Virus genome (UHGV): UHGV-0008253
Origin: a virus
Direction: 5' to 3' (one strand)
Length of the DNA stretch: 42,773 nucleotides
Below the pieces are notes generated by a model. The model had not been told where the DNA came from and ran no database searches. It was given only the letters and a program-made list of their open reading frames with translations. A program made the position numbers and the translations under genes. Below, one piece after another: positions 8,813-18,420 of this stretch; the stretch's first letter is position 1, and each line of letters starts with the position of its first letter.

Positions 8813-9160
8813 ATGAGAAAACAGATGCAGGCTCTTGGTCGACTCAAAACAGGCCAGATGAACAAAACAGAATCTGCGTATTGCCAGCACCTTGAGCTGC
8901 GTAAACGTGCAGGAGAAATCGTCTGGTATCGATTTGAGGGTATCAAGCTGCGGTTAGCTGACAACACGTTCTATACGCCAGATTTTGCTGTGATGCTCGC
9001 CACCGGCGAGATGGAACTGCACGAAGTGAAAGGGGGATTCTGGACCGATGACGCCAGAGTGAAAACCAAAGTCGCCGCAGATCAATATCCGTTCCGAATC
9101 ATCGGGGTAACTGTTAAGCCAAAGAAAGCAGGTGGTGGCTGGAAAATCGAAGAGTTCTGA
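8813..9160 (+). CDS. DUF1064-type PD-(D/E)XK nuclease-like protein
   Basis: AGEIVWYRFEGIKLRL...YTPDFAV...ELHEVKGG pattern matches DUF1064 architecture (recall-based). Confidence 0.55.
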   Translation: MRKQMQALGRLKTGQMNKTESAYCQHLELRKRAGEIVWYRFEGIKLRLADNTFYTPDFAVMLATGEMELHEVKGGFWTDDARVKTKVAADQYPFRIIGVTVKPKKAGGGWKIEEF

Positions 9161-9221
9161 ATCGACGATCTTTTTAGTTATCAATGTAATCAATAAGTTA
9201 TGTGGATAAGCGAGGATAAAG

Positions 9222-9686
9222 ATGGAAAGTAATATCAAAGGGTTAGTTGCCGCCGGGCATGAGATGGCTTCGGAACTGAAAGCAGAATGTGGTGCCGTTG
9301 ATATGCGCAGTGTGGCAAAGCTGATCAGCGATTTGGCAACGCAACTGGAAGTGCAACTGGTGCGTGCTAATGCGCTGGCAGCGGAGAATGAGGCAATGCA
9401 TGAAACTATTGAAGCCGTTCGCAGTGTTGCGGATAACTCCAGTGGAATTGCCGGATGGCATTTGAATGGCGATATCGCTACATGGGAAGAGATTCTTCCT
9501 GAAATTAACGATATCGAAACCACAGCCACCGATGCTTTCCTGACTGAAATTGAACGCAAAGCAATCCGAAAGTTCATTAACAGCATTGAACACATCCTGC
9601 GTGACAAGCTGTCTCCGTATGACACCGAAGAGATGCTTGAGGCTATGCGTATTTTTCTGGAAGAACAGGGAGGTGAGCAAAAATGA
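9222..9686 (+). CDS. hypothetical acidic protein
   Basis: ORF with SD, first of a translationally coupled series. Confidence 0.5.
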   Translation: MESNIKGLVAAGHEMASELKAECGAVDMRSVAKLISDLATQLEVQLVRANALAAENEAMHETIEAVRSVADNSSGIAGWHLNGDIATWEEILPEINDIETTATDAFLTEIERKAIRKFINSIEHILRDKLSPYDTEEMLEAMRIFLEEQGGEQK

Positions 9687-10000
9687 CGATCACAAAACAA
9701 CGGGTAGAAGAAATCATATCCCGCATTGAAATGTATGGGCATGGTGCAGGGTATACCGCCGAAGAGGTTTATGACCTGGCTGTACTGGCGCTGAATTTAT
9801 CAAATATCGCAAACCTGAAGCGATACGAGCTTGATATGGATGGATGTGACTCGTGCGGTCAGGATTGTGGCGCTGACATGACTGAAGATTCTGATGGCGA
9901 TTATGTCCTGTTTGATGACGTGGTTAAGTTGTTTGAGTTTGATACAACCACTCAGAAGCTAGAAAGCCCAGCAAAGGAGGCAACCAGTGAGCAAGATTGA
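9683..10000 (+). CDS. hypothetical protein
   Basis: ORF overlapping neighbours by 4 and 14 nt (coupled). Confidence 0.45.
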   Translation: MTITKQRVEEIISRIEMYGHGAGYTAEEVYDLAVLALNLSNIANLKRYELDMDGCDSCGQDCGADMTEDSDGDYVLFDDVVKLFEFDTTTQKLESPAKEATSEQD

Positions 10001-10487
10001 TTATCAAAAGCTTCGTGAAATTGCTGAAAAAACAAAAATTGCTGGTGAAGCACCTGTAATGCCTTTCGATCAGCGAATTAATGCGCTTAACGATTTTATG
10101 AAGCACTTTTCGCCAGATATCGCGTTGGCATTACTGGATGAAGTTAAACGCCTGGAAGACACAAATATCGATGCTATGTGCCGAATTGCAGAGGTGGAGG
10201 CGCGGGAAATAAAACCAGCAAAAGGCGAAGTTCTTGTCGTTGTATCTGGTTTTACTGGTTGCGGAAAAAGCGCCATCGCCGGGGAAATAGAAATCGCGAT
10301 GAAGGCTATTGGTGTACCGGTTAAGTGGACTAATGGCGATGCAGAAAAGCGCATGACTGGCGCTGACTGGCTGACAGCGATTGAGATGTACAAACCAACT
10401 GTGCGCATCGTGGAAGTTAATGTGCCATGCGTCGCTGGCATTTGCATCAAAGGAGACGCAGGAGAGCAAAACGATGAAAAACCGTAA
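9987..10487 (+). CDS. hypothetical protein
   Basis: ORF in coupled series. Confidence 0.5.
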   Translation: MSKIDYQKLREIAEKTKIAGEAPVMPFDQRINALNDFMKHFSPDIALALLDEVKRLEDTNIDAMCRIAEVEAREIKPAKGEVLVVVSGFTGCGKSAIAGEIEIAMKAIGVPVKWTNGDAEKRMTGADWLTAIEMYKPTVRIVEVNVPCVAGICIKGDAGEQNDEKP

Positions 10488-10663
10488 AGCAAAGATTCTG
10501 TTAGTTCGTAGAAACGCTCCTGGCGTCTGGCAGTGGGTGAGACTCAGCAACCGACGGATGGGGTTAATGAAACATTACGGGATGATGGATTGTGGTTTTT
10601 GCAAAAAGCCCAGCGCGGCGCAAAACCGCTGGAAAAACCACTTGCGTACTAAAGGAGAGTGAT

Positions 10664-10873
10664 ATGGCTATCGCTGCAAGTTACACCATGCATCTCTATT
10701 GTGACTGCCGTCAGTGCACGGAAGGTGTATATCCAGTGCCAGACTTCGGTGAGTATATAGGTACGTCATGGGCTGGCTGTGCAAAAGAGGCGCGCAAGGA
10801 TGGCTGGCGAATAAGCAAAGACAAAACGCGTGCTTTTGCGCCCGGGCATAAAGTTTTGAGGGTTAACAAATGA
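10664..10873 (+). CDS. hypothetical Cys-rich small protein
   Basis: ATG at 10664 preceded by AAGGAGAG; CDCRQC...C pattern. Confidence 0.45.
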   Translation: MAIAASYTMHLYCDCRQCTEGVYPVPDFGEYIGTSWAGCAKEARKDGWRISKDKTRAFAPGHKVLRVNK

Positions 10874-11979
10874 CCACTATAACCAAAGAGCGACTACTGA
10901 CAATCAAGCAGTGGCGCGAAACATACGGACCTGGTAGCAACGTTGTACTGCCAGCAGAAGAAGCGGAAGAACTGGCACGGATTGCGCTGGCATCGCTGGA
11001 AGCAGAGCCGGTGGCAAAGATTATAGCTCATTACCCATTAGGAGTTGACGTAGGCAAACAAAAGTTCGTACAGGCCATTGGAGAGCTTCCTGACTTTGGC
11101 GGATATCTATTTGCCGCCCCTCCAGCGCCGATAGTGCCGGAAGAAATGTATTGGCAGGATGCGCCAGTTGAAGGCAGCAGCAAAGCGGCTGCATACGCTA
11201 CAGGCTGGAACGCCTGCCGCGCTGCCATGCTTCATAGTGCCGAACCTGCAAGTAATCATGAAGAGTTGCCGCTTGATTATCTCCAAGGTCAAAAAGATGG
11301 TCTTGAATGGGCTGCGCAGCTTGCAGAAGCAAATCACCCACAAACTGGCGACTGGCTTTACGATGACCCGCTGGAGCTGGCTAAAGCTATCAGAAAAGGT
11401 CCTGACATGCCCGAATTCGATGGACCAACTCCGATAACGCCGGAGGCCATTGAAAACGCAATTGAATATATCCGCAGTATCGCTTTTCACATCGATGAAG
11501 ACGATTACCACGGCAAGCATATTGCGTATTTCATGCGACAAGCACTGGTCTGGCTGGAAGGGCATTCATGCAGCGACGACAGACAGGGTAAAGCCGAGAA
11601 TCAACCAGTACGCGGCAACCAGGCTGCCGAATCCAATCGCGGTAATGAGTGGACCGGCAATCCTGATATTGATAACGCCATCATCATGCTCGATCGCATA
11701 GATACGCTGGAAAGTTGCGATGATGACCGTATTGAGGCGGTTAAGACTGTTTTGCGTAGACTGGCTGGCAACTATCCGGTAACTCCGGATGGTTGGATAA
11801 GCTGTAGTGAGCGAATGCCCGCTCAAGATGATTGGATTTTAATTTATTCAAAGCACGGCGAGTATATGGCAGGACAGGTACAAGGGGAATACGTGGAGTT
11901 GAGCGACGGCACTTTATCGTGGTTAGGGAACGCCTTGTACTGGATGCCTCTACCGGAACCGCCGCAGGAGGTTAATTGA
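10870..11979 (+). CDS. hypothetical protein with C-terminal DUF551-like region
   Basis: C-terminal WISCSERMP...WMPLPEPP resembles DUF551 (recall-based). Confidence 0.5.
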   Translation: MTTITKERLLTIKQWRETYGPGSNVVLPAEEAEELARIALASLEAEPVAKIIAHYPLGVDVGKQKFVQAIGELPDFGGYLFAAPPAPIVPEEMYWQDAPVEGSSKAAAYATGWNACRAAMLHSAEPASNHEELPLDYLQGQKDGLEWAAQLAEANHPQTGDWLYDDPLELAKAIRKGPDMPEFDGPTPITPEAIENAIEYIRSIAFHIDEDDYHGKHIAYFMRQALVWLEGHSCSDDRQGKAENQPVRGNQAAESNRGNEWTGNPDIDNAIIMLDRIDTLESCDDDRIEAVKTVLRRLAGNYPVTPDGWISCSERMPAQDDWILIYSKHGEYMAGQVQGEYVELSDGTLSWLGNALYWMPLPEPPQEVN

Positions 11980-12263
11980 TGGTCTCCTTCGCGAAATATA
12001 CGATTATTGACTGGATAGCATTCATTCAGGTTTTGCTCATCTGGTTTTATATGGCTTACAGGAGTGGACAGTGGATTGTCAGTGTAGCCTGTAGCAATGG
12101 ATGGCGTTGGTGGAACCGAAAGAATAAAAAAGCGCTGGCCTTGGCTTCGTTTTACGAAGCATTCAATCTTAACAGTCTTCAGCCTGGTTCTGTCGTTGTA
12201 GTCACCACTCAAAGCGGCATGACGATACAAATTCACAAGCCAAAGGAGGAAGGTCGTGGCTAA
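11976..12263 (+). CDS. hypothetical small membrane-associated protein
   Basis: hydrophobic N-terminal segment; coupled ORF. Confidence 0.4.
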   Translation: MMVSFAKYTIIDWIAFIQVLLIWFYMAYRSGQWIVSVACSNGWRWWNRKNKKALALASFYEAFNLNSLQPGSVVVVTTQSGMTIQIHKPKEEGRG

Positions 12264-12537
12264 CCTGCAACTTGCCGTTAAAGGTGAATACTTCGATGCC
12301 ATGATTCGCGGAGAGAAAACGGAAGAGTATCGCCTGTGTAATGACTACTGGAATAAGCGAATTATGTTCCGCGAGTATGACCGCCTGATTATCACAAAGG
12401 GATATCCGAAGCGCGACGATTCCAGCCGCAGAATTGACGTCCCGTATGACGGATATGAAATCAAGACAATCACACATCCGCACTTCGGCGATAAACCGGT
12501 AAAGGTGTTCGCTATAAAGGTGAATATTGATGGCTAA
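12256..12537 (+). CDS. ASCH/DUF3850-like protein
   Basis: LAVKGEYFDAMIRGEKTEEYRLCND matches ASCH-like N-terminal pattern (recall-based). Confidence 0.5.
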   Translation: MANLQLAVKGEYFDAMIRGEKTEEYRLCNDYWNKRIMFREYDRLIITKGYPKRDDSSRRIDVPYDGYEIKTITHPHFGDKPVKVFAIKVNIDG

Positions 12538-12868
12538 ATCAGCAGCAGAGCGCAAAGCCGCTCAGAGAGCCAGACAAGCTGCATCTGGTGTGCGTAAGCT
12601 GGAAATTGTGCTTGATGCTCAGGAAATTGAAATGCTGGAGCGTAACTGTGCCACGCGTCGCCCCGGGCGTGCGCCTTACGAATTTGGTGAGTATATAGCG
12701 TTACTGATCCGCCAGGATGATGCACGCGTGCACGGGCGTATAAAATCGATCAGCAGAAAACGTTGCGGTAAGTGCGGCGAGAGAGTTCCTGTGAATTCAT
12801 GCCCGTGTGATGGTGACTCGCAATGCTGGGTGACTAAAGGCTGGCATGAAACGAAATTAATAGTGTGA
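12530..12868 (+). CDS. hypothetical zinc-ribbon protein (CGKCG...CPCDGDSQC), last gene before late-operon terminator
   Basis: Cys4 cluster at C-terminus; ATG at 12530; speculative late regulator by position only. Confidence 0.45.
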   Translation: MAKSAAERKAAQRARQAASGVRKLEIVLDAQEIEMLERNCATRRPGRAPYEFGEYIALLIRQDDARVHGRIKSISRKRCGKCGERVPVNSCPCDGDSQCWVTKGWHETKLIV

Positions 12869-12876
12869 CATGTCAC
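12865..12876. repeat. perfect 12-bp palindrome GTGACATGTCAC (copy 1)
   Basis: identical copy at 32693-32704; both overlap a TGA stop codon. Confidence 0.6.
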
Positions 12877-12917
12877 GAGTAGATTATGCATGATGAATTT
12901 GATGGGGTTTGAATACT

Positions 12918-12943
12918 GCCGCCAACTATGGCGGCTTTATTTT
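12918..12943 (+). terminator. rho-independent terminator immediately upstream of terS
   Basis: hairpin gccgcc-aactat-ggcggc followed by tttatttt. Confidence 0.7.
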
Positions 12944-12986
12944 GCATGGTACTATTACCACAACGGTAACTATTACCACGGTGGTT

Positions 12987-13583
12987 ATGATGCCTGCTGA
13001 ACCTAAAGCCTATAAACGCAAATCAACGCAATTTAAGCCACTAACAGCAATGCAGGAGGCTTATTGCCAGTCATACATCAAAACGCCTGAAAACCAGACT
13101 CAGGCAGCGATTAACGCAGGATTCTCCCCAAATACAGCGGCAGTTAAAGCCAGTGTCATGATGCGCGATGAACGCATTCAAAAACGGATTGCCGAGTTGA
13201 TGGAGGAGCGCAACAAACGAATGCGCGTCAGTGCTGATTACGTTCTCATGCGCTTGGTGGAGATCGACCAGATGGACGTGATCGACATCCTCAACGACGA
13301 TGGTAGCCTTAAGCCAATCCGAGAGTGGCCGAAAATCTGGCGCACTACGCTTAGCGGCTTTGATCTGTCATCGACCATCATGAACATGAACGAGGATTCG
13401 ATAGAGACAATCCTCAAAAAAATTAAATGGCCTGACAAGGTGAAGAACCTCGAACTGATTGGTAAGCACGTCGACGTCAACGCATTCAAAGAACGCCTGG
13501 ATGTTAATGTGAATGTGACAATTGCTGATCGCATAGCGGCAGCCAGGAAGAGACTGAAAGAACGTCAGGATGGCAATCAGTGA
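12987..13583 (+). CDS. terminase small subunit
   Basis: position upstream of and overlapping terL; start at ATG 12987 (MMPAEPK) after terminator. Confidence 0.65.
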   Translation: MMPAEPKAYKRKSTQFKPLTAMQEAYCQSYIKTPENQTQAAINAGFSPNTAAVKASVMMRDERIQKRIAELMEERNKRMRVSADYVLMRLVEIDQMDVIDILNDDGSLKPIREWPKIWRTTLSGFDLSSTIMNMNEDSIETILKKIKWPDKVKNLELIGKHVDVNAFKERLDVNVNVTIADRIAAARKRLKERQDGNQ

Positions 13584-15055
13584 CAGATACAGCGTTATCT
13601 CCTGAAGAGCAGTTAATCGAGGATATTGCAGGGTTCACTCACGATCCGCTTGGCTATGCCCTCTATGCGTTCCCGTGGGGGGAAGAGGGTACTGAACTGG
13701 CACATGCCACCGGTCCACGTCAGTGGCAGGCCGATGCGTTCCGAGAGATACGTGATCACCTGCAGAATCCAGAGACGCGATATCAGCCGCTTATGCTGGC
13801 ACGTGCTTCTGGTCACGGTATTGGTAAATCCGCATTTATCTCAATGCTGATCAACTGGGGCATGTCCACTTGCGAGGATTGTAAGGTCGTGGTGACCGCC
13901 AACACCGACAACCAGCTACGAACGAAGACCTGGCCGGAAATTATCAAGTGGTCAAACCTTGCTATCACGAAAGACTGGTTTACCTGTACCGCTACCGCGA
14001 TGTACAGCAATGACCCTGGGCACGACAAGCGGTGGCGAGCTGACGCAATCCCCTGGTCTGAGCACAACACTGAGGCATTCGCCGGACTACACAACGAGCG
14101 TAAACGCATCATCGTGGTATTTGATGAAGCGTCGAACATTGCGGATCTGGTGTGGGAAGTTGCCGAGGGTGCGCTAACGGACGAAGACACTGAGATTATC
14201 TGGGTGGCTTTCGGAAACCCTACACGTAACACCGGGCGTTTCCGTGAATGTTTCCGCAAATACAAACACCGCTGGAAAACTGCGCAGATTGACAGCAGGA
14301 CGGTGGAAGGCACCAACAAACAGCAGTTGCAGAAATGGGTTGATGACTACGGGGAAGATAGCGACTTCGTTAAAATCCGTGTGCGTGGCATATTCCCTGA
14401 TGCATCTGAATTGCAGTTTATCCCTACCGGTCTTACTGACGAGGCAATGAAACGGGTGGTAACCGCTGCGCAGGTGGCACATGCTCCGGTGATAATCGGT
14501 GTTGACCCGGCATATTCAGGCGTTGATGACGCGGTGATATACCTGCGGCAGGGGCTACACAGTAAGGTGCTGTGGACTGGCAACAAGACTACCGACGATC
14601 TGATTATGGCGAAGCGTATCGCTGACTTTGAAGACCAGTATCAGGCTGACGCGGTGTTCATCGACTTCGGTTACGGAACCGGTTTGAAGTCAATCGGTGA
14701 CGGCTGGGGTCGTACATGGCAACTTGTTCCGTTCGGTGGCGCGTCTACTGACCCGCAGATGCTCAACAAGCGTGGGGAGATGTTCAACTCATGCAAGACA
14801 TGGCTGAGGCTGGGCGGCATGCTGGATGACCAGGAAACAGCGGACGACCTGTCGGCGGCAGAGTACAAAGTTCGAGTGGACGGTAAAATCGTTATCGAAC
14901 CGAAGGAAGATATCAAGGAGCGGCTTGGGCGTTCGCCGGGTAAAGGCGATGCGCTACTGCTGACGTTTGCTTTCCCGGTCTCGAAACGCATAAATATACC
15001 AGGACAGCAAAGCCAGCAGGGAAGGGCCATTACAGATTACGATCCCTATGCTTAA
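13580..15055 (+). CDS. terminase large subunit
   Basis: Walker A-like ARASGHGIGKSAF, size 491 aa, followed by portal module. Confidence 0.85.
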   Translation: MTDTALSPEEQLIEDIAGFTHDPLGYALYAFPWGEEGTELAHATGPRQWQADAFREIRDHLQNPETRYQPLMLARASGHGIGKSAFISMLINWGMSTCEDCKVVVTANTDNQLRTKTWPEIIKWSNLAITKDWFTCTATAMYSNDPGHDKRWRADAIPWSEHNTEAFAGLHNERKRIIVVFDEASNIADLVWEVAEGALTDEDTEIIWVAFGNPTRNTGRFRECFRKYKHRWKTAQIDSRTVEGTNKQQLQKWVDDYGEDSDFVKIRVRGIFPDASELQFIPTGLTDEAMKRVVTAAQVAHAPVIIGVDPAYSGVDDAVIYLRQGLHSKVLWTGNKTTDDLIMAKRIADFEDQYQADAVFIDFGYGTGLKSIGDGWGRTWQLVPFGGASTDPQMLNKRGEMFNSCKTWLRLGGMLDDQETADDLSAAEYKVRVDGKIVIEPKEDIKERLGRSPGKGDALLLTFAFPVSKRINIPGQQSQQGRAITDYDPYA

Positions 15056-15098
15056 TCCGCTTGAGGGGATAATGTTGTTGATATCCTCTGATGAGGAT

Positions 15099-15132
15099 AA
15101 AACAAAGCCAGCTCATAGGCTGGCTGTTTGTG
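15099..15132. terminator. bidirectional terminator between convergent terL and minus-strand 123-aa gene
   Basis: hairpin agccagc-tcatag-gctggct flanked by A-run and T-rich tract. Confidence 0.55.
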
Positions 15133-15145
15133 ATATGTCACGGTG

Positions 15146-15517
15146 TTATTGCTCGCTTAACTTCTGCTTCAGCAAGTAACCTTCAAGCATCCAGATTTTG
15201 TTTACAGCATTCTGTCGGGCAATCTTCCGACCAATTTCTGCATCAAAGTTTTCCGGGCTTGCACAGGCGCTCTCTCCGGTGACGGTGAAGCCGTTGCGCA
15301 GCACCAGGACGCAGAACGTCAGCAGAGAAAGTGATTCGTGCGGCTGGTAGTTTACCTCTCCGCCAGTATGTTTCGCTTTTATGGCTACGCCAAAGGCACC
15401 ATCTTCTGCTGTGAAATATGCCTCCTGAGCAATAATGCTCTCGATATGGTCTGGCGTAACGCGCGGCGCGGCTAAACCTTTAGCCTGAATTTCAGATTCA
15501 ATGTCTTTTTCACTCAT
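15146..15517 (-). CDS. hypothetical protein (reverse-strand insert, co-oriented with tRNA-Arg)
   Basis: 123-aa ORF; no family recognised. Confidence 0.5.
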   Translation of the reverse strand: MSEKDIESEIQAKGLAAPRVTPDHIESIIAQEAYFTAEDGAFGVAIKAKHTGGEVNYQPHESLSLLTFCVLVLRNGFTVTGESACASPENFDAEIGRKIARQNAVNKIWMLEGYLLKQKLSEQ

Positions 15518-15720
15518 AGTCTAATCTCACCTTAAAAAAATGCCCTGCGAACCGGGCGAACTGGAAGCAATGAGTTATGCCTTCCGTGGCTGTACTGGTT
15601 TACAGCATGAAGTCATCGCAATGGCGTCCTGCTGTAAAAAGGGCGGTGATAGTCCTTCAAGGGAAACCATCACCGCCAAGCACCTGGAACTTCTGGCATC
15701 ACGGTCCTTAGGCGTGATTC

Positions 15721-15797
15721 TGGCGTGGCATGCAGGATTCGAACCTGCGACCAACCGCTTAGAAGGCGGTTGCTCTGTCCGACTGAGCTAATGCCAC
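15721..15797 (-). tRNA. tRNA-Arg (anticodon UCU)
   Basis: cloverleaf read directly: acceptor GTGGCAT/ATGCCAC, D-stem GCTC/GAGC, anticodon stem ACCGC/GCGGT with loop CUUCUAA, T-arm GCAGG-TTCGAAT-CCTGC, discriminator G, CCA. Confidence 0.85.
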
Positions 15798-16119
15798 AAC
15801 GCTGAGAGCACTTAGCCTGTTAAGGCACCACACTTTGTCGCGGCTCCATAAATGCTCTCATCGTTGTACCCTCGTCTCTTCCGAGGCGTCACACCGAATC
15901 GCCGGGATGGTGAATCCCCGTGCGCGGAATAAAACCGCTCGACTTGCACATTCCGGCTACCTGGTTCGTTTGCCCGAGCAAGGGAGGGTGCCCCTTAAAC
16001 GTATCCAGACCGCTATCGGCGCATGTGCCATACGCCGTACTGCTCAAAATAAAAGCTCACTCCACCTGTTTAATTTAACGACAAGCCAGTCAGGTTAGTA
16101 ACCAGAATGAGCCCTTTGG

Positions 16120-16134
16120 TTACCTGAAAGGTAA
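16120..16134. promoter_or_regulatory. operator palindrome TTACCtgaaaGGTAA upstream of head gene block
   Basis: perfect TTACC-N5-GGTAA. Confidence 0.6.
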
Positions 16135-16224
16135 TAATTAACGCGTTAAATGTCAACCTTCTACGATAAATAAATCATATGTGGTTAAATTGGTAATAAT
16201 TTAATTGCGTACGGAGTCATTGAT

Positions 16225-16431
16225 ATGTGCATGGGTAGCTCACCATCAGTGCCTGCAACACCAGAAGTTCAGGCAGCACCACAGGAGCAGGATGCCGCCG
16301 TTGTTGATGCCCGCGACGAAGAAACACGTCGCCGTCGCGCTGCTGCTGGTCGTAGTTCTACGCTGCTTACCGGTTCTCAGGGCGACACATCAACCGCTAA
16401 TACCAGCGGTAAAACGCTGCTTGGTCAGTAA
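16225..16431 (+). CDS. hypothetical small protein preceding portal
   Basis: ATG with ACGGAG SD, ends 15 nt before portal start. Confidence 0.45.
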   Translation: MCMGSSPSVPATPEVQAAPQEQDAAVVDARDEETRRRRAAAGRSSTLLTGSQGDTSTANTSGKTLLGQ

Positions 16432-16445
16432 CCGGAGTCATTGAA

Positions 16446-18125
16446 ATGGCGGAAACAACTAAAGAGCGATTGAACAAACAGTTCGCACAACTTGAAAGCG
16501 AGCGTCAGTCGTTCGAGCCGCACTGGCGCGAGTTGAGTGATTACATCAACCCGCGTGGTTCCCGCTTTCTGACTTCTGAAGTCAACCGTAACGATCGACG
16601 CAATACACGCATTATTGATTCGACCGGGACTATGGCGGCGCGCACTCTCGCCAGCGGCATGATGTCAGGCATCACAAGCCCTGCGCGTCCGTGGTTTCGC
16701 CTGGCTACGCCAGATCCTGAAATGATGGATTATGGTCCTGTTAAGTTGTGGCTCGAGGCGGTGCAGAACCGCATGAACGATATGTTCAATAAGTCGAATC
16801 TCTACCAGTCTCTTCCGCAGTTATACGGAAGCCTCGGCACATACAGCACTGGTGCAATGGCGGTGCTGGAGGATGACGAGGACATCATTCGCACAATGCC
16901 ATTCCCGATAGGCAGTTACTACCTGGCTAACTCACCTCGTGGCAGTGTGGACACCTGTTTTCGCAAGTTCTCTATGACTGTTCGTCAGCTTGTTCAGGAG
17001 TTCGGGCTAAATAACGTCAGCGAATCCGTAAAAAGCATGTGGGAAAGCGGCACCTACGAGAAGTGGATTGAAGTGATGCATTCGGTTTACCCGAACATTG
17101 ACCGCGATACATCGAAGCTGGATAGCAAGAACAAGCCATTCAAATCGGTTTATTACGAGGTTGGTGGCGATAACGACAAGTTGTTGCGTGAGTCCGGATT
17201 CGATGAGTTTCCAATTATGGCTCCGCGCTGGGAAGTTAACGGCGAAGATGTTTATGGATCATCATGCCCGGGTATGCTGGCGCTTGGACCTGTTAAGGCA
17301 TTGCAGCTTCTCCAGAAGCGCAAGTCGCAGTTGATTGATAAAGCCACCAATCCGCCGATGGTTGCTCCGACTTCCCTCAAGAATCAGCGTGCCTCCCTTC
17401 TTCCTGGCGACATCACGTATATCGATCAGATTACTGGTCAGGATGGTTTCAGGCCTGCTTATCTGGTTAACCCCAGTACAGCAGATTTGGTGGCAGACAT
17501 TCAGGACACTCGTCAAATCATTAACAGCGCCTACTTTGTCGATCTGTTCATGATGTTGCAGAACATCAATACCCGCTCGATGCCTGTTGAAGCGGTGATC
17601 GAAATGAAAGAAGAAAAACTTCTGATGTTGGGGCCGGTTCTGGAGCGTCTGAACGACGAATGTCTTAATCCTCTCATTGACCGCTCTTTCTCGATGATGG
17701 TGCGTAAAAACATGCTGCCGCCACCGCCAGACGTGATGGAAGGTATGCCCCTGAAGGTCGAATACATTTCCGTCATGGCTCAGGCGCAGAAGTCTATCGG
17801 CCTGTCCAGTCTGGCGTCCACGGTTAACTTCATTGGTCAACTTGCGCAAGCGAAACCAGAAGCTCTCGACAAACTCAACGTTGATCAGGCGATCGATGCA
17901 TTCGCTGATATGTCCGGAGTGTCTCCAACCGTCATTGTTCCGCAGGAACAGGTTGAGCAGGCTCGCCAGCAACGGGCACAGCAGCAACAGCAGCAACAAA
18001 TGATGGCGATGGGGATGGCGGCGGCACAGGGTGCCAAGACGCTAAGCGAAGCTAAAACTTCGGATCCGAGTGTTTTGTCAGCTATGGCGAATGCAGTTAG
18101 TGGTCAGGGTGGGCAATCACAATGA
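16446..18125 (+). CDS. portal / head-to-tail connector protein (podovirus type)
   Basis: 559 aa, C-terminal poly-Q and MAMGMAAAQG tail resembling T7 gp8-type connectors; position after terminase. Confidence 0.75.
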   Translation: MAETTKERLNKQFAQLESERQSFEPHWRELSDYINPRGSRFLTSEVNRNDRRNTRIIDSTGTMAARTLASGMMSGITSPARPWFRLATPDPEMMDYGPVKLWLEAVQNRMNDMFNKSNLYQSLPQLYGSLGTYSTGAMAVLEDDEDIIRTMPFPIGSYYLANSPRGSVDTCFRKFSMTVRQLVQEFGLNNVSESVKSMWESGTYEKWIEVMHSVYPNIDRDTSKLDSKNKPFKSVYYEVGGDNDKLLRESGFDEFPIMAPRWEVNGEDVYGSSCPGMLALGPVKALQLLQKRKSQLIDKATNPPMVAPTSLKNQRASLLPGDITYIDQITGQDGFRPAYLVNPSTADLVADIQDTRQIINSAYFVDLFMMLQNINTRSMPVEAVIEMKEEKLLMLGPVLERLNDECLNPLIDRSFSMMVRKNMLPPPPDVMEGMPLKVEYISVMAQAQKSIGLSSLASTVNFIGQLAQAKPEALDKLNVDQAIDAFADMSGVSPTVIVPQEQVEQARQQRAQQQQQQQMMAMGMAAAQGAKTLSEAKTSDPSVLSAMANAVSGQGGQSQ

Positions 18126-18418
18126 CAGATTACGAAGACGATCAACTGAAAGAAGAAAACGCCCGTAAGCAACGTGACATGGCACAGCGTGAAATTGATG
18201 ACATTCGCTTTGTCATGAGCAGTGAACAGGGGCGTCGCGTTGTCTGGTCGGTGCTGGAGAAAGGCCGTGTGTTTTCCGCTATCTCACCGATGGACGCTAT
18301 GGCAATGGCATTTAATGAGGGGCAACGCAATCTGGCGCTGGAACTGTTTCAGCGCGTTATGGCGCATTGTCCTGAACAGTATTTGAAGATGGCCAAAGAG
18401 GCCAGTGAACAGGAGTGA
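18122..18418 (+). CDS. hypothetical protein
   Basis: coupled ORF between portal and scaffold. Confidence 0.5.
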   Translation: MTDYEDDQLKEENARKQRDMAQREIDDIRFVMSSEQGRRVVWSVLEKGRVFSAISPMDAMAMAFNEGQRNLALELFQRVMAHCPEQYLKMAKEASEQE

Positions 18419-18420
18419 TC

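Noticed and set aside
8954-9742. 262-aa minus-strand ORF
   Set aside because: Antisense to a coupled series of plus-strand genes, Ser/Cys-rich low-complexity translation, no SD; judged spurious.
12865-12876. Reading GTGACATGTCAC as a CRP site
   Set aside because: CRP needs TGTGA-N6-TCACA; here the half-sites are separated by 4 nt, so it does not fit.
13813-14319. 168-aa minus-strand ORF inside terL
   Set aside because: Antisense to terminase large subunit; no start signals.
15835-16098. 87-aa plus-strand ORF in GC-rich region next to tRNA
   Set aside because: Arg-rich, no SD, lies in a region that looks structured and non-coding; kept only as possible ncRNA space.
17262-17999. 245-aa minus-strand ORF inside portal gene
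   Set aside because: Fully antisense to a well-supported portal gene; His/Arg-rich composition typical of reverse-frame artefacts.
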